Shown here piece by piece: positions 18,424-27,252 of a stretch of 64,000 nucleotides of DNA. The notes under the pieces are model-generated. The model saw nothing but the letters and a program-made list of their open reading frames with translations, had not been told where the DNA came from and searched no databases. The position numbers and the translations under genes were made by a program. Source of the DNA: Kiritimatiellia bacterium (GTDB taxonomy: Bacteria > Verrucomicrobiota > Kiritimatiellia > RFP12 > UBA1067); the NCBI GenBank assembly GCA_024405395.1, contig JAKSOW010000001.1:6277-70276 (forward strand). The letters run 5' to 3'. Positions within the stretch are counted from its first letter, which is position 1; the number at the start of each line of letters is the position of its first letter.

Positions 18424-18456
18424 GGCATTCCAGAAGCGTTTTTCTTCCAGAATGCC
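18424..18456 (-). terminator. strand-specific 13-bp stem hairpin downstream of dnaN (perfect with two G-U wobbles on the minus-strand transcript, two C-A mismatches on the plus strand)
   Basis: GGCATTCCAGAAG-CGTTTTT-CTTCCAGAATGCC was read from the sequence. The downstream U-tract is weak. Confidence 0.35.
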
Positions 18457-18479
18457 CTTTATTTCAGCGAATATTACTA

Positions 18480-19574
18480 TCAGCTGATGCGCAGCGGCAT
18501 CATAACGTACAGGAACGGCACCGAACACTTGATCAATGCCGGCGAAGAGCCGTTCTTGAGCTCGATGTAGACTTCATCCTCGTCAATGGCCTTCAGCGGA
18601 TCCATCACAAACTGGGGATTGAAGACAATCTCGATCGTCTCGCCGTCATACTTGATCGGCACCGTATCACGGGCCGCACCCACATCGGCGGCGGCTGACG
18701 CCACGGTGAGGCGATTGGACTCAAACGTGAGACGCGTAGAATTGGACTCATCCATCGTCATGACGCTGACGCGGTCAAGGGCCTCCAGCAGAAGCTTGCG
18801 CTCCACGGTGACGCGCTCGGTGCAGCCGGTGGGGATGACCTGACGATAGTTGGGATAGACATCATCCAGAAGCTTCGAGTAGATCTGCGTGTCGCCCAGA
18901 TTGAAGGACACCTGCGAGCGTTCCACGGTGACGCGCACATCGCCATCGGACGAAAGCGAACGCTGAAGCTCGGAGACCACCTTCGTGGGGAGCACGATGT
19001 CCTTCTCCGCATCGGCGGGGAATTCGACCTCATGCTCGACCAAGGCCAAACGCCGCCCATCCGTGGCCACCATGGTGAGCTTCGCGTCCTTGAAGCTCAT
19101 CAGAACGCCCTTCAGGGTCTTGCGCGTATCGTCCTGCGAGGCCGCGTACGAGGTCTTGCGCAGCATTTCGCGAAGCGCCATCTGCTTGATGATGTAGGCA
19201 AACGTGCCGGAATCCTTGGGGAGCTGCGGGAAGTCGGCGACATTCATGCCGGCGATGTTGAACACGGCGGAACCCGCCGACACAACCGCCTTGTCCTCCG
19301 CATCGGTCTCGAGCTCAACGGGGCCTTCCGCCGCCTTGGCGATCGTGGCCGCCAAAAGCTTCACGGGGAGCGTGGTCGCGCCTTCAGCCAGCACTTCGCA
19401 GGGAACGACGCTGCGGATCGAAATGTCAAGATCCGTGGTGGTGAGGAAGAGCTGCTTGTCCTTCGCCTCGATCAGCACATTCTGGATGATCTGCAGTGTA
19501 CCCTTTGACACCACGATGTTCTGAACCTTCTTGAGGCCTTCCAGAAACTTGGAACGTATAATCCTGATTTTCAT
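18480..19574 (-). CDS. dnaN: DNA polymerase III beta sliding clamp
   Basis: 364 aa with a typical three-domain clamp sequence, immediately downstream of dnaA. Confidence 0.95.
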   Translation of the reverse strand: MKIRIIRSKFLEGLKKVQNIVVSKGTLQIIQNVLIEAKDKQLFLTTTDLDISIRSVVPCEVLAEGATTLPVKLLAATIAKAAEGPVELETDAEDKAVVSAGSAVFNIAGMNVADFPQLPKDSGTFAYIIKQMALREMLRKTSYAASQDDTRKTLKGVLMSFKDAKLTMVATDGRRLALVEHEVEFPADAEKDIVLPTKVVSELQRSLSSDGDVRVTVERSQVSFNLGDTQIYSKLLDDVYPNYRQVIPTGCTERVTVERKLLLEALDRVSVMTMDESNSTRLTFESNRLTVASAAADVGAARDTVPIKYDGETIEIVFNPQFVMDPLKAIDEDEVYIELKNGSSPALIKCSVPFLYVMMPLRIS

Positions 19575-19860
19575 TGCATGCTCCTGACACCATTTCGCCG
19601 GACAGTCCCGCTGTCAGCGATTCCTAAGATTGTACCTAATATTCCTTCTAAAGTAAAGAATGAATAATACTAATATTAGGTTGTTCAATAACTCCAATAA
19701 CTTCTTCAAGTACTGTAAAATCAAGGCCTGCGTGACTTTTCAGCTGTTCATTTCCCATTCAGTCGGATGTTCAGCGCTGTTGATGATTCGGCGGGCTTTA
19801 GACAACTGTCCACAAGTGGATGGGTTCTGCACAACTTCTCTACAGGGGATGAACAGATTA
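19575..19860. promoter_or_regulatory. AT-rich dnaA-dnaN intergenic region with DnaA-box-like elements (CTGTCCACA / inverted TCCAC-AA-GTGGA) and an AT-rich possible unwinding stretch
   Basis: The stretch taatattccttctaaagtaaagaatgaataatactaatattagg is very AT-rich for this genome. TGTCCACAAGTGGA lies at about 19800-19815. Confidence 0.35.
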
Positions 19861-21297
19861 TCATTCGAGGACGTCGGAGATCTGGCGGCCCAGCTTGGAC
19901 ACAATCTGGCCGATTTCCTGCTTGAGGTCGGCCTCGACGCTGATGCGCTTCTGGATCTGCTGCGAACCGTAGAAAATCGTGGTGTGCTTGCGGTCGAAGG
20001 CCTTACCGATCGTCGGCAGCGAATCCGTGGTGAGCTTGCACGCCAGGAACATCGCGACTTGGCGGGGCTGGACAAGGGCCTGGGTGCGTCCGGGCGCCTT
20101 GATGTCCTTCACCGTGACGCCGTAGTGCTCCGCCACCGCATTGATGACCGCTTCCGGCGTAATGCTCTTGATTGTCACTTCCTCCTCTATCATGTCCTTG
20201 AGGAGATATTTCGAGATCTCGATGGTGAGCGGCGTATCGGGATTGACGTCCATGAAGGTGGTTACCCGGTTCAGGGCACCTTCAATGGCCCGCACATGCG
20301 AACGGATGTTTTCCGCAATGTAGTTGAGGATATCGTCCTGGATCAGACGATGGCGGGCCTGCATCTTGGACCTGAGGATCGCCAGACGCGTCTCATACGA
20401 GGGGGATTCGATTTCCACCACCATGCCCTGCTGGAAGCGCGAGATCAGCCTGTCCTCCAGACCTCCCTGGAGCTCCTTTGGCGCCTGGTCGCAGGTCATG
20501 ACTATCTGCTTGTTGTACATGAGCAGACTGCTGATGGTGTTGAAGAATTCCTCCTGGAAGCTCTTCTTGCCGACGATGAACTGAACGTCGTCGATGAGCA
20601 GAAGATCGTATTTCCTGTAGCGGGCGCGAAACGCGGGAAGCGCCGCCCCGGCGAGCGCATTGACGTATTCGTTGAGGAACGTCTCGGACGTGATGTAGCA
20701 AACCGACGCCTCGGCATTATGCTTCATGACATAATGGCCGATGGCCTCCATCAAGTGCGTTTTGCCCAGACCTGTGCCGCCCCAGATGAAAAGCGGATTG
20801 TAGGCGGTCCTTCCAAGCCCCTTCGCAACGGCGGTAGCCGCAGCATGGGCGAAGGAATTTGACGGGCCCCTCACGAAGTTCTCGAACGTATAGTTCTCGA
20901 GGAGCGGCAGAGTGGAAGGCAGTACACGCGCACGCCGAGGCGTCGGAGCTTTGGGAGCCGGCTTTTCCGAATTGGTCTGAACGGGAAGAACGGGCGGAAC
21001 CTCTACGGTTTTCTTGGTTTCCTCTTTCTTGATGACCTCAAAGACCACTTTGATGCCATCCCCCAGACCTGCCGCCCGAATCGTCTCCTCCAGAGCCTTG
21101 GCGTAGAGCCCCGTGAACCAATCCCTCTTCATCTCCGTGGTGACGCCGATCCTGAATTCGCTGCCCACCAGACTCTGAGTGAGGAACTGAGGAGAATGCA
21201 GTTCCCAGCGATTGATTTCCTCAGTCGTTTTCAGGCTCATTCTGTAGCTGGAAGCGATGGCTTGCCAGACAGATGTAAGGTTGCTTGTTTCTGACAT
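19861..21297 (-). CDS. dnaA: chromosomal replication initiator protein DnaA
   Basis: Walker A GGTGLGKTHL, AAA+ sensor motifs and the C-terminal DNA-binding domain are present. The antisense ORF 19660..20862 is rejected. Confidence 0.97.
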   Translation of the reverse strand: MSETSNLTSVWQAIASSYRMSLKTTEEINRWELHSPQFLTQSLVGSEFRIGVTTEMKRDWFTGLYAKALEETIRAAGLGDGIKVVFEVIKKEETKKTVEVPPVLPVQTNSEKPAPKAPTPRRARVLPSTLPLLENYTFENFVRGPSNSFAHAAATAVAKGLGRTAYNPLFIWGGTGLGKTHLMEAIGHYVMKHNAEASVCYITSETFLNEYVNALAGAALPAFRARYRKYDLLLIDDVQFIVGKKSFQEEFFNTISSLLMYNKQIVMTCDQAPKELQGGLEDRLISRFQQGMVVEIESPSYETRLAILRSKMQARHRLIQDDILNYIAENIRSHVRAIEGALNRVTTFMDVNPDTPLTIEISKYLLKDMIEEEVTIKSITPEAVINAVAEHYGVTVKDIKAPGRTQALVQPRQVAMFLACKLTTDSLPTIGKAFDRKHTTIFYGSQQIQKRISVEADLKQEIGQIVSKLGRQISDVLE

Positions 21298-21435
21298 GAT
21301 CTTGTTGTCCTAGTGGACACTATTTAACCATATTTCCCGAACAAAACCACGCAAAAGAAATGAAAAGAAATGAACAAGTTGTGAACAGATACCTGTTCAT
21401 AGCTTAATGCAGGCTTTGCCTATCTGACTTGCGGA

Positions 21436-23775
21436 TCAGTGGAAGAACTTCCGCATTTCCTCTTCCGTGTGGCAGGCGAGCAGATCCTGAGCCCCATTTT
21501 CGCTGCGAAGCTTCGAGCTGATGTAGGCCATCAGCTGGAGATAAGGCGACTGGGCCGTCTCAGGCGCCAAGGTCAGCACAATGATCTGAATGACCGAATG
21601 ATCAATGGTCTCATAGTCCGCGATGATGCCGTTTGAGTTCTCCGTGTTGTCCACGATGGCCACTGCACCAACGATCTCGTCCACGGCATCGGTACGGCCA
21701 TGCGGCACGGCAATGCCATGGTCCAATCCTGTTCCCATGGATTCTTCACGTGAGAAGACGGCCTCCTGGGCAGTCTGCACATCCTTGACGTGGTTCCCCG
21801 TTGCGTTCTTGACGGCCAGAACAAGTTCCTCAATTGCCTCACGCTTCGAATTGGCCTTGAACTTGGGCAGCATCACGAAGTTCTTGAGGTTCTTGGCGGC
21901 AGATCCAAGCACCTCCTTCTTGTCGTCCTGCTGGATGATGAGCTTTTCGATTGTGCCCTTCTCCTGCACAGGCTTGGAAATAACCTGAGCCAGCTTGTTC
22001 ATCTGCGAGACGACTTCCATCCAGGCCTGACGCACGACCGCCTCTTCCTCCGGCGTGCAGAACACCTGGATCTCCTTGCCCGTGCGCGTAATGGAAATCT
22101 CAATCGAATCCATCGACACTTCCCAGATGTCAAGATTGATTTCACGCGCCAGACGGCAGGTGAAGAAACCTTCTCTACGGAATTCGTCAACCAGCTTTTT
22201 GGCCATGATGGCGGCGACCTGCATGTCAGGCAGCTCGAAGATTACCGGACGCGACTCCTGCATGTTTTCCTTCTGCTTGCGCACGCCCTTGCGGTCGCTC
22301 TTGAAGAGCGCCACCAAGGCAGGCGGGGCAACAACGGTCGTGATGAGCGTCATGAGGATGCCGATGCCGAAAATCTCCTGCGACAGATAGCCGTTCGAAA
22401 GACCAAGGCCGGCGATGATGAGCGCCACTTCGCCACGGGGAATCATGCCCGTGCCAATGCGCACGCCGCCCAGCAGATTGAATCCGCAGAACATGGCGGG
22501 AATGGCACAGCCCGCCACCTTGGCGAAGACGGCCAACACGGTGTAGATGGCGCCAAAGTAGAGAACCGGCTTCGACATCAACGCCGAGCAGTCCACCATC
22601 ATGCCCATGACGCAGAAGAACACGGGAACGAGGAACGTGTAGACGGGAGCCAGCGTTTCCTGGATCATGTGCTTCAGGTCCGTGCGCGAAAGGGCCAGAC
22701 CCATGACGTAGGCGCCAATGATCATGGCCAATCCCATGAACTCGAAGAACCCGGCGAGAATCAGCGAGAGACCAAATGCCAAGGTGGCGATGGCCTGCGG
22801 ATTCTTGAAGAGCTTGAGCAGCCAGGAGATCTTGCGGGCGAGAAGCACGCCCACCAACGTGGCGCCCAGCCAGACGCCGAAGGCCTTGATGGCGACAATG
22901 CCGATGGCGCCCCAATTGACGCCGGCACTGGCCTCTCCGCCCTTTGCCGCCGCAGCCATCGTCGCCGCGATGACGCCGTTGCCGATGGCCAGGACAATCA
23001 GACCCAGAACGTCGTCAATCACAGCACCGGCCATGATCGAGACGCCCTCTTCCGAATCCATCTTCTTGCGCTCCGAAAGGATGCGTGCGGTGATGCCCAC
23101 CGAAGTGGCGGTCGACATGATGCCCATGTACATGGGGGCCGCATCCATCATCGCCTGAGCCAGCGGCATGGAGGAAAGCGCACCGAACTTAGCCGGGAAG
23201 AACTGCGGCAGCAGATAGACGGCACAGAGGTCGCCGAACAGGAACGACACGATAACGCCGCCCAGGCCAACCATCAGGCCGACGAACGAATACTTGAGGA
23301 AGAGCTTGAGATTGGTCTCAAGGCCCGAAAGGAAAAGAAGAATCACGGACGCCAAAGTGGCGATGCCGTACAAGGCGGGGCTTGTGGCGTCGAACATGAC
23401 GTTGTGGCCAGCCATCGTGCCGAACATGGCCGTGGCCGCCCCACCCGCCGCCTCGTTCATGGCCCGCAGAGCGGCACCGTTGAAGAGACCGTATTTGAAG
23501 AGACCATCGCCAAACCCGATGCCGCCCAATGCCCACGGGCCAATGACAATGCCGGCGGCAAGTTCGCCAAGGATCGACGGCAGCTTGAAGAAGGAGATGA
23601 GGGTGCCGCCGAGTTTGGCGGCGAAGATGATGATGCCGATCTGCAGCACCAGGAACATCATTTCCTCTACACGGGGCAAACCAAAATTCGGGTAAGCGGG
23701 AGCAGCCTCATGCGCAAACACGCCCATCGCAACCAGTGAAAACGCGATGGCAAAAAACAGTTTCTTGTTTTTCAT
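21436..23775 (-). CDS. monovalent cation:proton antiporter (CPA2/Kef-like) with long cytoplasmic tail ending in a PTS EIIA(Ntr/fructose-type) regulatory domain
   Basis: There are about 12 TM helices with Gly-rich antiporter motifs. The C-terminal GIAVPHGRTDAVDEIVGAVAIVDNTEN...IQIIVLTLAPE matches the PTS_EIIA_2 fold with a phosphorylatable His. The antisense ORF 21790..23739 is rejected. Confidence 0.88.
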   Translation of the reverse strand: MKNKKLFFAIAFSLVAMGVFAHEAAPAYPNFGLPRVEEMMFLVLQIGIIIFAAKLGGTLISFFKLPSILGELAAGIVIGPWALGGIGFGDGLFKYGLFNGAALRAMNEAAGGAATAMFGTMAGHNVMFDATSPALYGIATLASVILLFLSGLETNLKLFLKYSFVGLMVGLGGVIVSFLFGDLCAVYLLPQFFPAKFGALSSMPLAQAMMDAAPMYMGIMSTATSVGITARILSERKKMDSEEGVSIMAGAVIDDVLGLIVLAIGNGVIAATMAAAAKGGEASAGVNWGAIGIVAIKAFGVWLGATLVGVLLARKISWLLKLFKNPQAIATLAFGLSLILAGFFEFMGLAMIIGAYVMGLALSRTDLKHMIQETLAPVYTFLVPVFFCVMGMMVDCSALMSKPVLYFGAIYTVLAVFAKVAGCAIPAMFCGFNLLGGVRIGTGMIPRGEVALIIAGLGLSNGYLSQEIFGIGILMTLITTVVAPPALVALFKSDRKGVRKQKENMQESRPVIFELPDMQVAAIMAKKLVDEFRREGFFTCRLAREINLDIWEVSMDSIEISITRTGKEIQVFCTPEEEAVVRQAWMEVVSQMNKLAQVISKPVQEKGTIEKLIIQQDDKKEVLGSAAKNLKNFVMLPKFKANSKREAIEELVLAVKNATGNHVKDVQTAQEAVFSREESMGTGLDHGIAVPHGRTDAVDEIVGAVAIVDNTENSNGIIADYETIDHSVIQIIVLTLAPETAQSPYLQLMAYISSKLRSENGAQDLLACHTEEEMRKFFH

Positions 23776-23875
23776 CTATAATGCCTTTTGTTTATGAACC
23801 AATATTTTCCCAAAAAGACGTGATTTTGGCAACCCTTTTATTTGACGCATAACGCATCATGTTCTACGGATCATC

Positions 23876-25843
23876 TTAGTGATGTCCCCTTTTGATGATG
23901 ATGGCCAGAACCGAAATGTCGGCAGGATTGACGCCCGGAATGCGGCCCGCCTGTGCCAAAGTCTCCGGACGATACTTCTTCATCTTTTCCCGGCTCTCAT
24001 ACCTGATGGCCGGACACTTGTCGTAATCCAGCCAATGGGGAATCTTGATGTTCTCGTCGCGCTTGGCCCGTTCGGCGGCAATGTTCTCCTGGCGAATGTA
24101 GCCGGCGTAGTGGTGACGGATTTTCACCTGTTCAACCACAGGATCAGGAACCTGAATGGAAGAGCCGCCGATTTCGATCTCGGCGTTAGGGTTACCGTCA
24201 GGCTGAACAGACAATACGCGTTTCAGCTTTTTGTTGTCCTGCTCGATGGTGTTGATCATATCGGCAAACGATTTGGTTTCCTCCCGAATGACCTTCGGCA
24301 GAATGCCTACCCTTTCCGCTGCTTCCTGCAGGCGGTAGCGGGCATTGTCCTGACGCAGGATCAGGCGGCGCTCGGCACGTGATGTGAACATGCGATAAGG
24401 TTCATCGGTTCCCTTGGTGACCAAGTCATCGATCAATACGCCAATGTACGCATCCTGGCGGCTGATCACAAGCGGGCTTTCATGCTTGACCTTGAAGGCG
24501 GCATTTATTCCCGCCATGATGCCCTGGGCGGCAGCTTCCTCATAACCCGTTGTCCCGTTGATTTGGCCGGCAAAGAACAGACCGGATATACGCTTGGATT
24601 CCAGCGAATGCGTCAGCTCACGGGCGTCAATTCCATCATACTCAATGGCGTAGGCATACGCAAGGAATTCGGCGTGCTCCAGACCTGGAACGGAATGGAC
24701 CAGTTCTTCCTGAACCTGACGAGGAAGAGAGTTGGATAGACCATTAGGATAGATGATCTGCCCTGCACGATCTTCGGGTTCAAGGATGACATGATGACCA
24801 TCAACACCCGCGAATCTGACTATCTTATCCTCAATCGATGGACAATACCTGACGCCCGTTCCACTTATCATTCCACCATAAAGAGATGAATCCTTAAGAT
24901 GCGAACGTATGATTTCATGGCTGATTGGCGTTGTATGGGTTGCCCAACAGATAGCTTTAGCGGAATTCAAAGGCCACGGAGCGAACAAATCCGCATTGTT
25001 CCACGTGGAACAGTCCGTTGAACTGGATTCTGATGCGGAATTGGCATTGTTCCACGTGGAACAAAGACCAGAAATGGGTTCAGATGAAGCTAAATCATGG
25101 TTGTTCCACGTGGAACAATTGATTCCGGGTGTTAAACCATGGGAAAGGAGGTATCTGGTTCTGAGGGAGAAATAAGGCGGATTATCCTCTCCTTCCTGCG
25201 GTGTACACACCGAAAAGTCGCAGCTTGATGCCTTTAAGCGTGGCGGTGTACCTGTTTTAAGCCGAATAAGCTGAAAACCGAGTTTGGAAAGCGAATCGGA
25301 TAGCTGATTGACGGCTGGCCGCCCATCTCCGCCAGATTCCGTGCATTCCTTGCCAATGAATATCCGCCCTCGCAAAGCCGTTCCGGAGGTTATCACCAAA
25401 GCCTCACAGTTGATCAGTCCGTTCTTCTCGGTTCTGATTCCGGTTACGGTGTCATGATTGGTTATCACCTCAAGGGCGGCATCCTCGATCACGGTCAGGT
25501 TTTTGGTGCTGTTGACAACCAACTGCATGCGCCGTGTGTATTCGCTCTTGTCGCATTGTGCTCGTGTTGCCTGCACGGCTGGACCACGGCTCAAGTTCAA
25601 TGTCTTTTCCTGGAGCGAAGTGAGGTCGGTGTTGAATCCCATTTCGCCGCCCAACGCATCCAACTCAAACACCAGATGACTTTTGGCAAGTCCGCCAATG
25701 GAAGGATTGCAGGGCATACGCGCAATGGCAGACTTGAGCCCCGTAACCAAAAGGGTGTCAATGCCCATGCGTGCAGCGGCCAATGCCGCTTCGGCTCCGG
25801 CATGGCCTCCACCAACCACAACAATTGAAAAATCTGTTTTCAT
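23876..25843 (-). CDS. mnmG: tRNA uridine 5-carboxymethylaminomethyl modification enzyme MnmG (GidA), carrying an in-frame insertion of about 55 aa
   Basis: The FAD-binding N-terminus is [20 protein letters not shown]. The insertion encodes CSTWNN three times (see the repeat feature). Confidence 0.95.
   Translation of the reverse strand: MKTDFSIVVVGGGHAGAEAALAAARMGIDTLLVTGLKSAIARMPCNPSIGGLAKSHLVFELDALGGEMGFNTDLTSLQEKTLNLSRGPAVQATRAQCDKSEYTRRMQLVVNSTKNLTVIEDAALEVITNHDTVTGIRTEKNGLINCEALVITSGTALRGRIFIGKECTESGGDGRPAVNQLSDSLSKLGFQLIRLKTGTPPRLKASSCDFSVCTPQEGEDNPPYFSLRTRYLLSHGLTPGINCSTWNNHDLASSEPISGLCSTWNNANSASESSSTDCSTWNNADLFAPWPLNSAKAICWATHTTPISHEIIRSHLKDSSLYGGMISGTGVRYCPSIEDKIVRFAGVDGHHVILEPEDRAGQIIYPNGLSNSLPRQVQEELVHSVPGLEHAEFLAYAYAIEYDGIDARELTHSLESKRISGLFFAGQINGTTGYEEAAAQGIMAGINAAFKVKHESPLVISRQDAYIGVLIDDLVTKGTDEPYRMFTSRAERRLILRQDNARYRLQEAAERVGILPKVIREETKSFADMINTIEQDNKKLKRVLSVQPDGNPNAEIEIGGSSIQVPDPVVEQVKIRHHYAGYIRQENIAAERAKRDENIKIPHWLDYDKCPAIRYESREKMKKYRPETLAQAGRIPGVNPADISVLAIIIKRGHH
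24996..25118. repeat. three copies of the 18-bp perfect palindrome TTGTTCCACGTGGAACAA (E-box CACGTG core) spaced 50 and 54 bp apart, inside the mnmG coding sequence
   Basis: Read directly at 24996-25013 (last base G), 25047-25064 and 25101-25118. Each copy translates on the coding strand as CSTWNN. Confidence 0.8.
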
Positions 25844-25936
25844 TGCAGATATTATAACATGCTTTAAGACAAAATATAAGAGATAACAGATAAAAGATAA
25901 ACGAGGGCCTCTGCTTTTCTCGATGAAATCTTTAAG

Positions 25937-26176
25937 ACAGGATTTACAAGATTAACAGGATTTAGAAGCCTGACCGATTGAGATAATTAATGTGGCGATT
26001 GCAAGTCGTGGTCGGTGGGTTCATTGAAACCAGTCCTGTCTGTTTAATAGGCGTAGGTTCAGGTAGGACAACATTGACGATGCCGCCGCTAATGAGATAT
26101 TGCAGTATCCTCAATAAATAAAGCAACATCGGGGAAATCCTGTTAATCCTGTTAATCCTGTCGGAAATCAGGATCT
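25937..26176. repeat. imperfect 28-bp inverted repeats (GACAGGATTTACAAGATTAACAGGATTT / AAATCCTGTTAATCCTGTTAATCCTGTC) flanking about 170 bp in the mnmG upstream noncoding region
   Basis: Read directly. The right arm contains a tandem ATCCTGTTA x2 and an extra ATCCTG/CAGGAT hairpin. No ORF lies inside. Confidence 0.3.
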
Positions 26177-27191
26177 GCTCTGTCAGTCCAGTTCTCAGTT
26201 AGTTTCCGTTAAGATTTTGACTGAAAAGCCCGCCAGTAGAATTCATCAGTCAAAAACCTGAATCGCCTAAGCAATCAAGGAAAGGGGCTGGAAAAATCCC
26301 GGAATCATGAGCGTCATATTCACCTCGACAAAGGAGTGCGTGATTTGAGAATTGAGGGCTAAAAGGCGAATGTGTCTTGTCCAATCATATCGAAAACATC
26401 GCGATTGAATTGTCCGGAAGGGTTCATTCTCAATCGTTTTCCGTGGCCGCCAGATGGCGGTTTCCGTGTCCTTCCATGGTCTTCTACCTGGCGAAACAAC
26501 ATTATTCAACATATCAAATAACTTCTGGCTTTTTGGGAAAATGCAGATGCATTTGCCATACTGGAGATCCTCTCGTTCCGCTAAAACTTCAATGATCAAA
26601 TGATCCGATGAGATTCACTATCAACAGTTATTCACATTTATGAAACGAGCGATTATGCGACAAACAGAAGAGGCCCAAGTACGGGAAACCTTGATTTTAC
26701 GGGCTTTTATGCTTGTGCCGAAAAAGTCAACAGAAAGATATGCAAAATACTGTCATAATTATGAACTACTTATGAACAGGTTTTAGGCAACGGTTCAGAA
26801 CTATTGACAGGTGATTTCTGCAATGTAATTCACATTATCGGCCCATAAGCATGGAAGGGCCGAATGTTATGACGGAAACGGAAAGGAAACCCCTTATGAT
26901 CTGGGGTGTGGTCGTCAAAACGGAACTCACCGTAGAGCATCATCCCCTGCGGCAAGGCTCAGTACCTGAAGCATGGGGATTTGGTATCAGAAGCAGGAAT
27001 TCGTAGTATCTGAGTCAAATGAAACGGTATCTGAGATGAATTCCATTGTCTGGGTAGGATTGCAGTACATGTTCCATGACTGTTTCATTTGGAATGTCGG
27101 AAAAGGGGCTGAAAGCGTCTCATCTCAGAGTGTAATGCGTTATGCGTCAAATTGGCGGCAACGGAGCAGTTGCGAATACAACAAATTAAAA

Positions 27192-27221
27192 TTGTATACA
27201 TATTAAAGGATATGCTATACT
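27192..27221 (+). promoter_or_regulatory. putative sigma70 promoter TTGTAT-N18-TATACT for the beta-helix gene; RBS AAGGAGGAAAG at 27239
   Basis: An AT-rich stretch sits at the GC transition. The hexamers were read from the sequence. Confidence 0.3.
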
Positions 27222-27252
27222 TTAAGCATCGTCAACCGCAAGGAGGAAAGAA

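Noticed and set aside
17470-20862. Plus-strand ORFs 17470..18390 and 19660..20862, antisense to the methyltransferase gene and dnaA
   Set aside because: Antisense artefacts opposite strongly conserved genes.
21790-23739. 649-aa plus-strand ORF antisense to the antiporter gene
   Set aside because: The His/Arg/Gly/Asp-rich product has no domains. The minus strand encodes a bona fide multi-TM antiporter with an EIIA domain.
24996-25118. Considered whether the three regularly spaced palindromes could be a CRISPR array or REP elements
   Set aside because: There are only three units. They lie inside an intact essential ORF with in-frame translation. There is no leader, no cas genes and the spacers are not unique-spacer-like. 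Treated instead as a coding in-frame repeat insertion.
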